64,000 nucleotides of DNA from contig NC_092671.1 of NCBI RefSeq assembly GCF_964355755.1, positions 20,336,001-20,400,000 on the forward strand, in the 5' to 3' direction. Positions within the stretch are counted from its first letter, which is position 1. Every line of letters starts with the position of its first letter. Both the position numbers and the translations under genes were made by a program. This stretch comes from Antedon mediterranea. Lineage: Eukaryota > Animalia > Echinodermata. Below are positions 11,433 through 25,760 of this stretch, in pieces. The notes below the pieces were generated by a model that saw nothing but the letters and a program-made list of their open reading frames with translations, did no database searches and was not told the origin of the DNA.

Positions 11433-14400
11433 TGTTCTTCTTTATTACATAGCAAAATATTTAGAAAAATAAACAATTATTAGAATAATTAATCTTTCTA
11501 CACTAAAGACATTCTAGTAGAAATGACAATTGAATGTGTTCGTGTGTGTTTAAATAATAACCAAATGAATTACTTAAACCGGATAATTAGTTTTTCTAAT
11601 TGAATGACTTCATTATATAGTTAGCAACACATTTAGTCTATTCATGAAAACACCACGATGAAGCGTGCAAAATGCGTACACAAAGTGTACATAAAATATA
11701 ACAATTACTATTGACCGATACTAAAGTAAGTACCACTTTACTTACTGATACACTCACAATAATTTGCTCTTCAATAGTATAGAGAAATAATATGTATTGT
11801 GATTTATTGTTTCAGTTTATTAAAGTGTGTAATTTGAGATTAAAACGAAACAAACATACGATAGATATCACGATTGTTAGTAATAATGGTAATTTTCGTA
11901 TTCAATTAACGAGTTTCCTGATGGAATTGATAGAATTGACTATTGATTTACAATTATATTATATTAATGCTATTTCTGCGACATTACGAATACATAACGT
12001 AAATGGATGTAAAGGGGGTATCTAGTATCTTCTCTACGCTGTTATTAGGCCTATTCAACAATGTACAATTAAGACCGTTGCAAAGATTTATACATATCTT
12101 CAGAAACAAATTATGTTATGAGTTGCAACACTTCACCTTGGAATTATATCACAAAGTATAAACGGCAAGCTCGCGTATTAAACTAATTCCAATCAGTGTT
12201 GCTCATCTGAATGATAATTTTATACATAATTAAAATGATTACAGTATTTAGTGCTTATAACATCGGGTATTCTAACAATTAGGATAATAATATAAATTAT
12301 TTATTACGAAATGTAATCTGGAATCAAGCAAAATATACAATATGTAAATACTGATCAATCGGTTTCGCATTCGGAAAATACTAGTTGACGCAATACGGAC
12401 ATTTGTGACGCAATGTATGCATCAACTTAGTTCGTTTCGCGAACGCGAAGCTTGTCGATTATTTAACATTTTATTTTCGTAACATTTTTGGTGTCTATAT
12501 CGCGCTAAAATTGAGGTTTTATTGTTGGAAATGCTATTAGAAGTCTATATATATATCATATTTCGTTACATTAACACTTTAAATTGACAGGTCTTGGTAG
12601 GTCTTGGTAGGTCTTGGTATTTAGGAGGACCCCTTCATTTGCCTATATGGACATGTTGATGTAATATTATTACAAATCATATTTGGTCACATCACATTTT
12701 TTTTGTCAAACTAGTTTTTATTTTAAAAGAAATTCAAAGCGTTTATATCTGAATTCGTTTATACATATGCCTACTCGAAGAAACTGACATTTTTTAACAA
12801 CAGATTGATCTTAATAATAATTATATATTATTTGTATAAATCTTTTACTGACGATGATGATTGTATCTTTCGGTAAAAGTGCACGACACTAACCTGCCTA
12901 AAAACTAGCAGGTTATATAATTATTGCATTTAGTTCGTTTTAATAGTTAGCATATTAAAATTCCATTCATTTTATTGACATCCTCCAATAAATATGCTGC
13001 AATTGAGAATGTTATAATTATGCTTTTAAAATAAAATCGAGATAAGATATTTTTGCTCCTCTGAACTGCTTTCACTCTAAATTTAGGCCTAAAGAAAAAT
13101 AATAATTTGAAATGGCTTATAACGCAGGCAGGCCTACGGGTACATCTTTCCAGGCGGGATATATACTGGTACCATGAACTTAACATTATAATAATTTATT
13201 AATATATTGTAATACATAAAAAATAAAGTAGATAAAGACGTTCTGAATTACAAGACAATGAGATAAATGTGTATTATAGTGTATGCATTGGAAAAGTGTA
13301 CACATTTTGTCGTGGTGTTACAGGTAAAAATGCAAGAAAACCGATTTCATGAAATTATATCGTATTTGGCTAATAATTTAAAAATTATGCAACAATAATT
13401 ACAATCTGCTGCATCCTTTTTTATTATTAAATATAAAAAAATGAATGTGTCAACTTAGTTAGAAAGACGTGGATGTTGAGGTAATATTAATTCAAAAGTT
13501 AACAATAATCATATATTAGAAATAAAGTAGAATATTTCATCATTGATCATTTTTAGTTTTATCCATTTTGAATGATTCCTAATAGTTCTGAATCGATCAT
13601 GTTACCTACTAAATACTATCAGGTTGTGCAATGCACTTTTAGGTACATTTCACCTAAACAATTCATATTTCACTCAAGAATTAACACTTACCGCTGTGTG
13701 AAAGATATTGCAATGTGGCAATTAATATTGTTGCGATGTTTCAGTGATGCATTTATAAAATTATAACTTATTATGATTTCTATATCATGTATGCAAAGTG
13801 ATAATAAATCAGGAATTAGTAGTTGGATTAATTCAAATAACCTGTGTTTTTTGCGGGGGAGAGGGAGGGAGGGAGGGGGGGGGGGGGGGTGGGTATTCTT
13901 GCTTTCTTGTTTAAACTATCCGAGAACATAGTCAGCTGTTGTTTAATTACGTTGTTTTTAATAACTGTGAACCCGAAGGCTGTTACGTCTCGTGTGAACC
14001 AGATTGTGAAATTATTGTTAATGGTTCTCACTTTAGGTTTTTCCAAGTCACTAAACATAAAGGCGGCGAATTATCAAGGCTATTTGGCTGTAATATACAT
14101 TACTTTGTCAAAAACCATACATATGTATAAGATTAGGTAAATTAATTAATTTAAAGAAATAACAACATTGCAATCGTCATAATTTATTTTCGTTAGAATG
14201 TAACTATTGTTTACTGCTCGAATCGGTTACAGTTGCTGTGCACTAAAGTATAGATGTATACAAAATGAAATAAGGTTATGACGTTGTTCCGTCACTAAAC
14301 ACCAGTGCATAATAATCATGAATACGAGGAGATGCTTTGCATTTACCTATCTCCCTGTACGATAATTGTTTTTAATAGCTGAAAATTTGTTGAACAGCTA

Positions 14401-15679
14401 ATTAATGTGCATTTGCATGAGGTAGGCCTACAACTCATAATTATTATTGAATAATTGCGCATAAAAAGATATTACGTTTTTGTTACATATATTTCGCGTG
14501 AGAGCACATACATTGTACCAGTCATTGGTACGTGTAGCCTGCTTAGTCGTCAAGCTTGTGGTAGCACCTGATCTAAACGAACTTATAAATTACCGTATTC
14601 AATTTCGGTTTTTTTTCACAAATGACATATACTGTAAATAAAGAAACAAATGAAGAAAATAAAGAAATACATGTACACAACAAATTAGGCCTACAAAGAG
14701 AGATTAAATTAATTTTAAAAAAACGTACACTCTTTCAGAGAATAGTGAATAAACAATTAAAATAACAACATTTGCAAAACATAAAAATAAAAAGGTAGGC
14801 CTATATAAATGTAATTCAAGTTAGAAATGAACATAATGCGTTATGTAATTAGCTTAATTTTAAAATATGTGTAGCATTTCTGTACAAGATAGCGTGTTTG
14901 TAACATCAAAGGAAAATCAGTCTTCGCCCTAAAGGTTCCAAATCTGTTATGGAAAATCCGTACTTTTTTGTCTATTGGAAAAGGACTGAGTGGAGTGAGT
15001 GGAACAACTATATAGCAATTTTGTATTTTATTTTAAACTCTATATTAAAGTTGAAAGTATAAAAGTGAAAGGAAATACACTAGTATAGTGTTGGACTTCA
15101 CCTCAATGCAGATTACTAATGATCTCAATTTCTACTTCATTGGTGATTTTTTTAAATGTAAATTGCATCGAGCACCTCAACCCCACCATGATTCAAACTG
15201 AATTGCTTTGATGCTCTTCTGACCCTACATTAAATACAGCATTTGAAATGAAAATATGAAATGTATCAAGATTTTACCAGTAAATCAATGGCTAAAACAA
15301 AAGTGTGTGAATGTGATTTACACAATTATTATTTTTCTCTCCTCTAAAACCCGTTTATTATAATAAATATCAGAATTACGCCTTGGTACTAAATGACATC
15401 ATAACGGTCGATGATAATTACGTTACACCACTTTACAACTGTTCAATCAATTTTAAACAATGATTACAAGCTATCAATCATAACAATTTACCTGTACTCT
15501 TTAGTATCTTTCGTCTTTTGTTTCACGTCAACCAGAATTCCTGAAATATATTTCCATAGAGACGTTATCATGTTATTTTTATATAATTTGCTCAGAAATA
15601 CCGGTATCACACTAAAATTATGTAATATTGAAAACAGAAATACAGATGATGTGAAGTATAGTTTATGAGATAATGAATG

Positions 15680-16345
15680 AATGTTCTGTGCCTATTTTAT
15701 ACTGAAATTTAATTAATTAATTTGAAACGATAAGATGAGGAAATCTGTGAGAATGAGAAAGATTTGAACCCGGAACCTTCTGCTTGATATGCATGGTATT
15801 GTTCAAACCCGATTGGAAGCGACTCTTTAACATTTCCGGCGTGGTACGGCGGAACAGCACTATTCCTTCAGAGATCAAATTGATACGCCCTCATCTAACA
15901 GTATTTTTATTCACGAATCGGGATCTCCGGAGAGATACTTTATATATAGATAGGCATAGAAAAATAATTCTAAACCGCCCGGTGATATACTGAAATTTAA
16001 TTAATTAATTTGAAACGATAAGATGAGGAAATCGCCCCAACCGAGATTCCAACCCGGAACCTTTTGCTTGATATGCAGATGTCCTAACCATTTAGACCAC
16101 TGGACCTTTCATGGTATTGTTCAAAACCGATTGGATAGCGACTCTTTAACATTCTGGGCGGGATAGCACTAGTCCCTCAATTGTACGCACGCGCACCAGT
16201 AAAATACTGAAAGATGAGTGCGTATCAATTTGATCTCTGGTGCGCATGCGTACAATAATGAAGTAATAAGTATAAACATTAGAAAAAAGATTAATAATAT
16301 TTCAATCTTTTAAAAAATCGAGACTCGAACCCGGAACCTTCTGCT
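15680..16345 (-). repeat. Tandem/inverted copies of the composite repeat with tRNA-like cassette
   Basis: Two successive units (about 15700-15950 and 15950-16200) plus an inverted fragment forming a hairpin at 16181-16255. Confidence 0.75.
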
Positions 16346-19009
16346 ATATATATATTTTAAAGTATGTTTATACAATTAGTACTTTTCTGGTGTTTAAAAC
16401 TCGTAAATACCGATAAGATCAATAATACGAAGTGAATCGAAGAAATTTGTTGTTACGATACATGATAAACCCATGCAATCATGCTTGACATTTGACCACC
16501 ACCATGCGTTTATTAAATATGCGAAGCAGCAATGGCCCATTGTTTGTAATACATACATAAAACAATAAATCCAACGTCCTATTGTGTTTGTTTTTTTACG
16601 TCAATTGACTTAATTAACTGTTCTAGATATTTTCGTCAGGTCATTTCAAGTAATGATGCGAACAAAAATATATGATTGTGAGCTTGAAATGGTTATTTTT
16701 ATAATAACACCTAAGGGTAATTTAATAAGAATATATAAGTAAAAGAACTTTACAAAGAACAGCGTCTAAAACGTGTACAAGAAAAGCAATAAAGTGCCTT
16801 TTATAAGTGTTCATCAGAACATGTCTATATTTTTTTTAATGTATGTGAAAATATTTGGAACACCTAGGAGCAACTTTCTATTCACGCTTCGTCATATTTA
16901 ATAATTTTAATATATTCGGAAGTAATATGTCTTATATATCAACCACGTTACTGTCGTCTTACATAAAGATTGGAAGAGATCACACAACGAGTGTCACACA
17001 AAAATGAATGCAAAGCAGTAGGAAACATTATTAAGCTAGACATATTTGCGGATATGAATTATACAGTCATATTTGTAAAATGTTTCAATATTGACAGTAT
17101 CACTAAAGAATTTTAGAGATTCAATCATGTAGTTATTATTTTATTTTAAATTTAAGTTGCAATGTTTGAACTTTGACATTAATTGTTCTATTATGATGAA
17201 AATGGTAGTAATGGTAAGAATTATAATGAAGTGATAACTATAAACATTAGAAAATATATTTCAATTGTATCCATACGGTTCGTAATAAAGAAAAGTCATA
17301 ATGATGTAACTTATTCAAAGTCAAGTATGTTTGTTAATGATGACACTTGATATTTAAAAATTACGATATAGTTGATAATTTGAATTGCTGTGCTTGTCAA
17401 CAGTAATATTTGATAATGTGTATCGAATATCAATCTATTATTCATATCTTTTGTTATTTTGTTGACACTTGCTGAAAGGAAGCTTGCTTCTTAAAATAAG
17501 TACCGGTATTGATTAAATCCACTTTAAAAGGCGCACACCCACATCGACAACACTAGTATTTTTATCTCGGGAATTAGGGTTCTACTACAAATAATAATGC
17601 ATAATGTTCTCATAAATCGTTGTTTTCACCCCTAATACGTGTTATTCATATAATAAAAATCGATAATACTAATTTTGTTGTACTCTTAAGTAAAATATAG
17701 CACATATCTAAAATATTAATTTGATAGATAATACTAAATATTATACCATATTGGTGTGGTAACATTAAATTTGAATGTAACTTACCCATGTTACTTGTTA
17801 GAATGTTTTATAGGTTTACAAAAATTTAAACAATCGCAAAATAAAGTGTAAAACTATCAAGATGTTAGTTTTATCGGTTCCTGTGGATTGTCTAGTTTTT
17901 GATAAATGTTAGAATTTGAATTTGTAAAGCATTAAAACTCAAATATTTAGACTAGGGGATCACCGGTGAATGGACATTAAGTATAGTAATAATTACGTAA
18001 ATATGTATTTTAAGCTAACATAATAAACAAACTACAGAGTAAACTTGAATCATGTCGAAATTAGTCACCATATATTAGATAACTGCCCATGCGTTGAATT
18101 CCGACCATCCATCATATATGTCAAACATATTTTTAAAAGTTATTTTCTGTTGTTAATCGCGTTTGAAAACAAATATCGATGTGTGTAACAGAGAGGAAAG
18201 TTGATCTCAATTACATATTGCAGTAAATATAAATATAACTAAATCTTTCCCAGGAGAGAATCGTTCAAACCTAATGGCCACAACACACCAAATTCATAAT
18301 TAACAGTCTGTTAATATTACTTACGTTTTTGTTTTGACTGTACTCTTCCAAACTAAAGAAATGGTATTAATGTGACTATCGCATCTGGAAGAATATCTAC
18401 CTTCAATTAACAAATACACAGATCTGTTGAAACAGAGAGCGCTTTCAGCTTTCGTAATGAAAAGTCGTGCGATAGTTAACGTCTATATAACTGACAATTG
18501 CCGCTGGTAACGTTGGCAATGTGATTTCGTCAGCACAATTGATGTGTATTGCAACAAACTAGGCACTGTTCACAGTATCATGGAATGTTTAAAATGTACA
18601 ATGTCGTCACGTTAAACGCGCTCGTTTGCGATACGTCGACAGGTTTCTCGTGTAATCCCTAGTTACCTGCAATTGTTGAGGCGGTAAATTGCAGTATCCA
18701 AGTGGGCATTAGCCGTCAAAATAAACAGACCTACACACGGTTAATGAATCTCAAGCGTCTGCTAATCATTGTAATATTGCAAGTGTTTTATGTAATTAGT
18801 AATCGTTTTTAGTTTTAAATATCAAACGGACCACCACCTGTGAACGAGAATATTAATGGTTTATGTATAATTTATTCTTATTACATTACGCCACGGATAC
18901 TGTTATATTTAATTATAGATTACGTATGTGTAAACAAAAACAGCTACATCTCTATGGCATTTCTTTACTCCATGCTCCATGGTAAAAATTGTATATTGTA
19001 TTTCATACA

Positions 19010-19540
19010 GTAAGATTTAATCGGATTTCCGCCCAAAATATTCTACATTAACAGCTACAACAAACACATAGGCCTATGCTAATTGGCTTTCGAGCATCAA
19101 CTAATAAGGGAAGTTAACTTTATCGAAAAGTTATTGAAAAGTCCTTTACTCTGACCAAGCATAATATTTTGATTAAGAAACTTCCATACTATCACCCTTT
19201 TAAAGTCTATAAAATGGTTTACTTCTTACCTGAATCAATACCGTACTGTTACATAGGATCCCCAAGGATAACAGTTGACATGTACGCTGATGATACTATC
19301 CTCTATATTTCTGATACGCATGTTCCTACTATTGAACAAAACTTATTTCTGATCACATTAATTTGCAAACTTGACTTTCATGCAAACTGCTGTTTAATCA
19401 CACAAGCACCGAAACAATGTTTATTGGTACAACACAGAGATTATCTCATCAACCCACAATCAACATTCACATTAATCAGCACCTCATAAAACAAGTCAAT
19501 TCACACAAGCATTTTGACACAAACACAAACGTAAATCGGA
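19010..19540 (+). mobile_element. Highly degraded LINE reverse transcriptase fragment (L2/CR1 group)
   Basis: VDMYADDTILY in ORF 19169-19489; surrounding frames broken. Confidence 0.65.
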
Positions 19541-20479
19541 GAGTCGGGACTTTTGTTTAAGGTATCATAATGTTAAGTAAAAGGTACACATATCCGAAAT
19601 ATAATTATCAACTACTGGTACCAACTTCACACAAAAGCATTTTAACATTATTGTCTATCATTACTATAACTTTACCTTTTTTATTTTATAAAGAAGCAAC
19701 AGACGATTGTAATTATGATGTAAAATAACAAAATGATTTGTAATGATTTCTTGATAATCAAGTGTTTCTTTAAACACATGTTATTCTTCAACATTTTAAT
19801 TTTATAGAGATCAAATTACCATCAAGTGTATTGCACAAAATGGCAAAGTGGTTTCTAAATTAGACTTTTGCCTAACCACATTGAACCAAAAAATTGAATT
19901 ACGATCTCTTAATTAAGATTAGAAAAGGTGACTTATAGTTAGAATTTTAATTGTCTACGTTAAGCGACATTTTTATAGATCTTTAATTGGAAAACGGTCA
20001 TTTTTATGTTTTAATATACCATATTAGCTTTCAACAGTTAATACAATGTATACACACGATGAATAGGCCTATAATACCATGGAGGAAAAATCTTAATGAC
20101 TTAATTAATTACAATTTCAGTTTCTGTTTTTTATGTATTCTTTATGGTTGGAAATTCTGTCGCAATTTTAAGTTTCTTAATACGAGTTATTTGTACGAAT
20201 TGTATGATTAATGTATTCTAATGAAGATGTTCTGAAATATATAAAAAAAAAAATTCAAATTGTCGAGGCCTAATCGAAAACAACTTGGTGTAATTTTGTT
20301 ACAGCAGCAGGTAGCCTATATAGAAAATATATCGGAAGTTGTTCAACTAAAATTAGAAGCGCAATGTTATGAACTTCTAGGATATTCATCTCAATCGTCA
20401 TAATTGAGCACATCCTAGGCTATCCGACGTGTCCGATTATATTATATCCCAAATTTCAACAATTGTCATTTCTGAGACA

Positions 20480-20890
20480 TGTTAAAGAGTCGCTATCCAA
20501 TCGAGTTTGAATTATACCATGAAAGCCCCAGTGGTCTACTTTTTTCTCATCTTTATCGTTTCAAAACACAATAGGCATACACATTAATTCTAAACCGCCT
20601 AGTGATATACTGAAATGTAATTAATTAATTTGAAACAACAAGATGAGGAAATCTGTGAGAATGAGAACCGAGATTCGAACCCGGACCTTCTGCTTGATAT
20701 GAAACTGTCCTAACCATTAGACCACTGGGGCTTTCATGGTATAGTTCAAACCCGATTGGATAGCGACTCTCATTCTCGGCGTGGTACGGCGGAACAGCAC
20801 TAGTCACTAGATTGTACGCACGCACACCAGAGATCAAATTGATACGCCCTCGTCTATTCAGTATTTTTATTCACGAAGCGGGATCTTCCA
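20480..20890 (-). repeat. Composite repeat with tRNA-like cassette
   Basis: Minus strand reads agccccagtggtctaatggttaggaca...ggtccgggttcgaatctcggt (A and B boxes) inside the same flanks as the other copies. Confidence 0.75.
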
Positions 20891-23800
20891 GTCTGGCACC
20901 GGCAATCATATCGAACGTTAATGTTTCGATTTCACGCGGGTACCCGCATATTGATTGGTGCATAGCCACATGGAGCGTCGTGAAAACGAAACTATAAGGT
21001 TCAATTTGATTTGCCGGAACCGTGCCGAAAACATGTGTGAAAGACCCTTGAGGAATCTGGATTGAGTACAGAATTATTGTCATAAATATTAAAAAGAACG
21101 GATTTAGAATAAAGGATGATTATATGTAGGACAATCATATAGAAATGACCACTGTCTCAATCTACCCCTAACATAACTACGAAACGAAGAGATACATTTA
21201 TTATGAAAAACAAAACGTCGTAATGTCAGCAACAAAAATCAAACGCCTTGGGAAAGTTTGAGTAAATAAATATATCACCAGACACCGAGAGAGACCCGAA
21301 TTCATATTAATACATCTAAAGCTATTTAGAAATTGTAGTCAAAAGAGAGTGGTACAACACCCCCAAGCCCACCAACTAATTAATTTAAAATAGGACAATT
21401 ATTGAAACGTTTCTAAAAAGAAGATGGTTACAAAGATTATCACATCCCGGTTCATTTATGAATGGTTTCGAATAAGTACGGGAACACATTGACAATTTCA
21501 TGATTTGAGGGGACATTACTTTTAATTTTATCAAGAATCTTTCTCGGACAAACCTTATTTTTGAAGGGAAAAGAAAGAAATATTATTAGCACTATTCGCT
21601 CATGCAGTGAATGTGTTACTCATATTTTCATTTAATTTAATGGAAATTCTCAATAATTAGTTTGGTTTTAGTTATAAGTGGATTGCTACTAATAATATCA
21701 CTTTTGATAACATATTTTAATCACAGAAAATGAGTATATTGTGAAGGACCATTATCATCGACTAGATGAGCACTGTGATTAAATATCCGCTCATTCTCGA
21801 CCAATAGAATCGACACAGTGACGCAATATTAAGTAGGTCTAAACATTTTAGCGGTGGATACACTAGTTTCTCAACACCGCTGATTTTACCACCCAAAAAC
21901 GTTAAACAATTGAGATAATGTAGTTATGTTTAAATAATCATTCAAAATCAATTATTATAAAGAAATCTTGTTTAACCGATCTTGAAATATGATACTATTG
22001 TACTTAATGTTAGTAAATTGAGGCTTTCGAAGTTAATAACATTACATTAACTCATTATTCAAACAAAATAATAATGGAGGAGTTGGACTATACACCACGG
22101 TTTTGCTGGCTCATAGTATCCACTTTCATGTTTCAAGAAGTAGAACAAGAGGATAATTAATTTTATATGCATTCTGGTTATTTGGTAATTTATTAATAGT
22201 GTTTTAATGTAACATTTTACTACTTTCTGCAATGGCGATGTTCAATACCACGTTAAGAAACAGCGGTGCTCCGCCGAAGAAGATAACGTCTATATATCAG
22301 ATTGGCATATGAAATGCATCGGTTCAAGCGTACTTATGCAAGATGCTCTACTCTCATTAGCTCATCCTTCACTGCATTTGGCTGCCGTGGGTCCGAAGAG
22401 GGTTAGGTCTTAGTTTTCAGTGATTATAAATAATGGAAGATTTGATACCACTTGTGGGCATTTTGTACGTTAGTTTCACGTAGAAGTTATAGAAGTAACC
22501 ATCATGTGATAAATTTTAATAGTAATTCAATATCTAAAATTTAACCTCAAATAAAGTTTTGTTATTGGTAATAAATACATTGATTAACATTTTAAATTGA
22601 AGAAACATTTTGAACATTTGTAATTAATGAACACCATAACTTTAACTCTTAATAAATTAAATACTGCACTATAATACAGTCATTTTAGCAAATCTTTCTT
22701 AACATCAATATCTTTTTTTTAAAATAAACATACATAAAGCCTATTGGTAATATAACTTGGTGTGCTGTGCACTAACCATGATTGAGATAAATTTATACGT
22801 ATAATAAGCATCACATTTCTTGTGTGTTCTTGACGCTTTTGTTTCAACAATGGAATTATCCTGGCCATATTAAATAATTTTGATTTATTTATGAAATACA
22901 TCACTGAATACACATATAAATGTATAGTTAATGATTGAAATACTATCACTCACATTATTGCCAATCGTTGTTTTCGATCCAATAGTAGTAGGCCTACAGT
23001 AGTGTAACAATTTGATTACAAATACAGGTCAAATTAAATACACCTAACAACTAGTAAAATCTAATTCAGTCAATTAGTATCTATGGAATTCAACTTACTC
23101 AAATCATGAGACACCTCTCTGATCAAAGCGTTGTTGATATACACTACAATAAAAAAGAATTTCAGTATATTTTGATACAGTATGTTGTTATTTTAGGTAT
23201 AGTGGCAATATGATTATCATCAGCTGCTGCTGATGTGCTTTCAGACTGTGACTGAGTGATTTCATTTAGATGTTCAAGCAGTCTATCAGGCCTAATACAA
23301 ATTACATTGTTTAAAATTAGTAATAAGTGATATTTATGAATTATGTGGCATGTATTAAATTATTGTCATGTTGACGCCATAATGTACAACTATTTTAAAA
23401 CCTTTTGGTGGATAAGCTTTGTACAAAAAAAGTTTTAAAATAGTCCAATTCCTCATTTAATAAATTGTTATACTTTAGATGGTTTGTTTAATGGGTTGAT
23501 GTTCACTACTAATATTAAAGATTGGTTAAATATTGGCTTTGTTATGTACTACTGTAATTTATATATTATATATATATATATTCTTTTTTTTTTCGGTGGT
23601 CTAGACCTACAATCTTTTCAATTCAGCTTTTTACAATATTTTCTTTACTGAATTGAATTTACCTTGAATAATATGTGTACATAGCACTTTTAAGTCATGT
23701 ATGACCATGTTTATATATGTTGGTACCAATAACTGCATAATCTGCAATAATCTATCAATTGTGCTTTTTACTACATGACATGATTCCAAATTGTTTTTAA

Positions 23801-24202
23801 ATCAGCAGTGTATTGAATTATAATATTGTATAAAGTACCTTTTAAAAATAAAAACCTCCAATTAAAAAGACCAATTTATAATGTCAAAAAAGAGTAGTCT
23901 TTATAATTAATAATATTAAATTATAATTAGTATTCAAAATATTGCATTTCACTTAATATTTATTCTCATTTTAAATAAAAGCATTCAAAACCATGTTGCT
24001 CCCGTCACAACCAAAAACAAAAAAAAGAAAAGAACAGTTTCATTATAATTAATGTAAGTATATACATTGCAAAATCGTTCAACAATAAAAAAAAAACGCA
24101 TCAGCAAATAAACTAAACAGCTGGTTAAAACAATATTATCTAGAATTTTTCGACTGATCCTTTCCAATACGGTATTTCATTATAAAAGAGAAATTTTCAA
24201 TT

Positions 24203-24342
24203 TTACTGGGAATTACCATTGTGTTTTACTCTTTTTAAATGATGTTGCCTTGCCAATTGAAGAGCACACCACAAGCCTGTCCTTGCCTTCCTTGTTGCTA
24301 AGTTCAAATGAGCAATGCTTGCAGCTAATCGCATTATATCTG
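24203..24342 (-). CDS. MEIOC: MEIOC, C-terminal conserved-domain exon
   Basis: DIMRLAASIAHLNLATRKARTGLWCALQ resembles the recalled MEIOC C-terminus (ATRKART.LWCALQ); cagcag acceptor; true end uncertain (possible donor G|gtaatt). Confidence 0.9.
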
Positions 24343-24435
24343 CTGAATAAGAAAACAAACAAAAATGTAATGTTAATTTTAAATTGTGTCTGACTAACAT
24401 TCAATAAATAATAATAATAAAAAATATAAATAAAG

Positions 24436-24671
24436 TAGGAAAACTTTCATCCTAGAACTAATAGGAGAACCATTTATGCCGTCGTTGATAAAATAATATT
24501 TTTAAAAATCCAATCAAATGACGTCATGATCAATAAGAACAATAGAATCGTTGTATTGTCATGATATAATTTACATCTTACATTTACGTCATTAATTAAA
24601 AAACATATTATTTTCATCAAAAGCAGCACATATATATATATATATATAGTTCTAGGATAAAAACTTTCCTA
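24436..24671. mobile_element. MITE in MEIOC intron
   Basis: About 25-bp TIRs taggaaaactttcatcctagaacta / tagttctaggataaaaactttccta. Confidence 0.65.
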
Positions 24672-24848
24672 ATGCAAAAAAAATGCATGTTTATCTATTT
24701 AACATCTATCGTTATCATAAGTTTGACATTCTTATAAATAAACTAATGTCACTAATACCACTTTCACACCAAAAGCAATTCGCCGGAGACACTCCGGAGT
24801 TGAAACCCCTTTGTGTTGAAAATATAAAATAATAAAATAAGCACTCAC

Positions 24849-25026
24849 ATTTATTTTCCATTTTTTGAACACTAAAATGCTGAGTTGAAGTTTGATGAGC
24901 AAGTTCATCTCTACGGCAAGTCTCAACTTTACGAATAGCATCCATCCAGTTATCGTTGACTTTCTCTACACTAGGATGTAGAGCTTCAGCTCGCAGTCCT
25001 TCTATCTTACTGGCTATAGTAATGAC
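24849..25026 (-). CDS. MEIOC: MEIOC exon (VITIASKIEGLRAEALHP...CRRDEL...)
   Basis: taaag acceptor, T|gtgagt donor; continues the conserved MEIOC domain in phase. Confidence 0.9.
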
Positions 25027-25208
25027 CTTTAATGAAAATTAAAACTACTAGATTATCTAGTCATCCAGAAACAATTATCTGGCTTTACATTAAAAAATGA
25101 GGTATGTAAAATGTGAATATTATCTTTCAGTTTCATAAACTATTTCTTAAATGAAAACAGCATGCTTAACCAATAATTTAATACATTCATTTTGGTGAAC
25201 TAAAATAC

Positions 25209-25343
25209 CTTATTATGTTCTCTTATCATGTCAACAATAAGCCTGTCAACCTTTGATGGATTAACTGGTAACTTTGGAATTGGAATAGTGTTTGAACTGC
25301 TCATACGTCTACCAGGATTCATTACAACAAGGTCAGATTCAGT
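25209..25343 (-). CDS. MEIOC: MEIOC exon (TESDLVVMNPGRRMSSSNTIPIPKLPVNPSKVDRLIVDMIREHNK)
   Basis: 135 nt, phase 0/0; NPS(K/R)VDRLIVD is a MEIOC hallmark. Confidence 0.93.
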
Positions 25344-25760
25344 CTGTACATGTCAAAAGTATACAGGCACTTAATACGTTGCAATTGTAAATGTTTAAAT
25401 GTATAATAAACAAGAAATATTTCTTACAAAAAGACAATGATTTTTGGTTAAAATTAAACATTTCTTTTCTCTTTTTAGTCGCGTGCAACGCGACTCTACA
25501 GCTCCCGGTTGGTTGGTTGGTCAGATATTTGACAGTGAATTATTATATCGCCGTAGGTTGACAGCAAGAACAAAGTCATTATTTGTTGAACAAGATTTTA
25601 CAGATTGTTTTCAAATTTTCAAATGTTTTCATACTCTTTTCTCCCAGACGTGCTTTGGGGTTTGTAATTTGAGCATGACCCGTCCTAGTTTACAAAATTC
25701 CAAAATTGTCAAAATTACTATTAGAATGCAAGAAAATAACAAATACAAAATTAGACTTAC

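Noticed and set aside
13828-14140. Overlapping ORFs and a G-rich run (also the G-run near 35670)
   Set aside because: No recognisable domain or splice support; G-runs are simple repeats with no evidence of G-quadruplex function.
20660-20735. tRNA gene
   Set aside because: Acceptor stem does not close, anticodon arm decayed, embedded in a multi-copy repeat.
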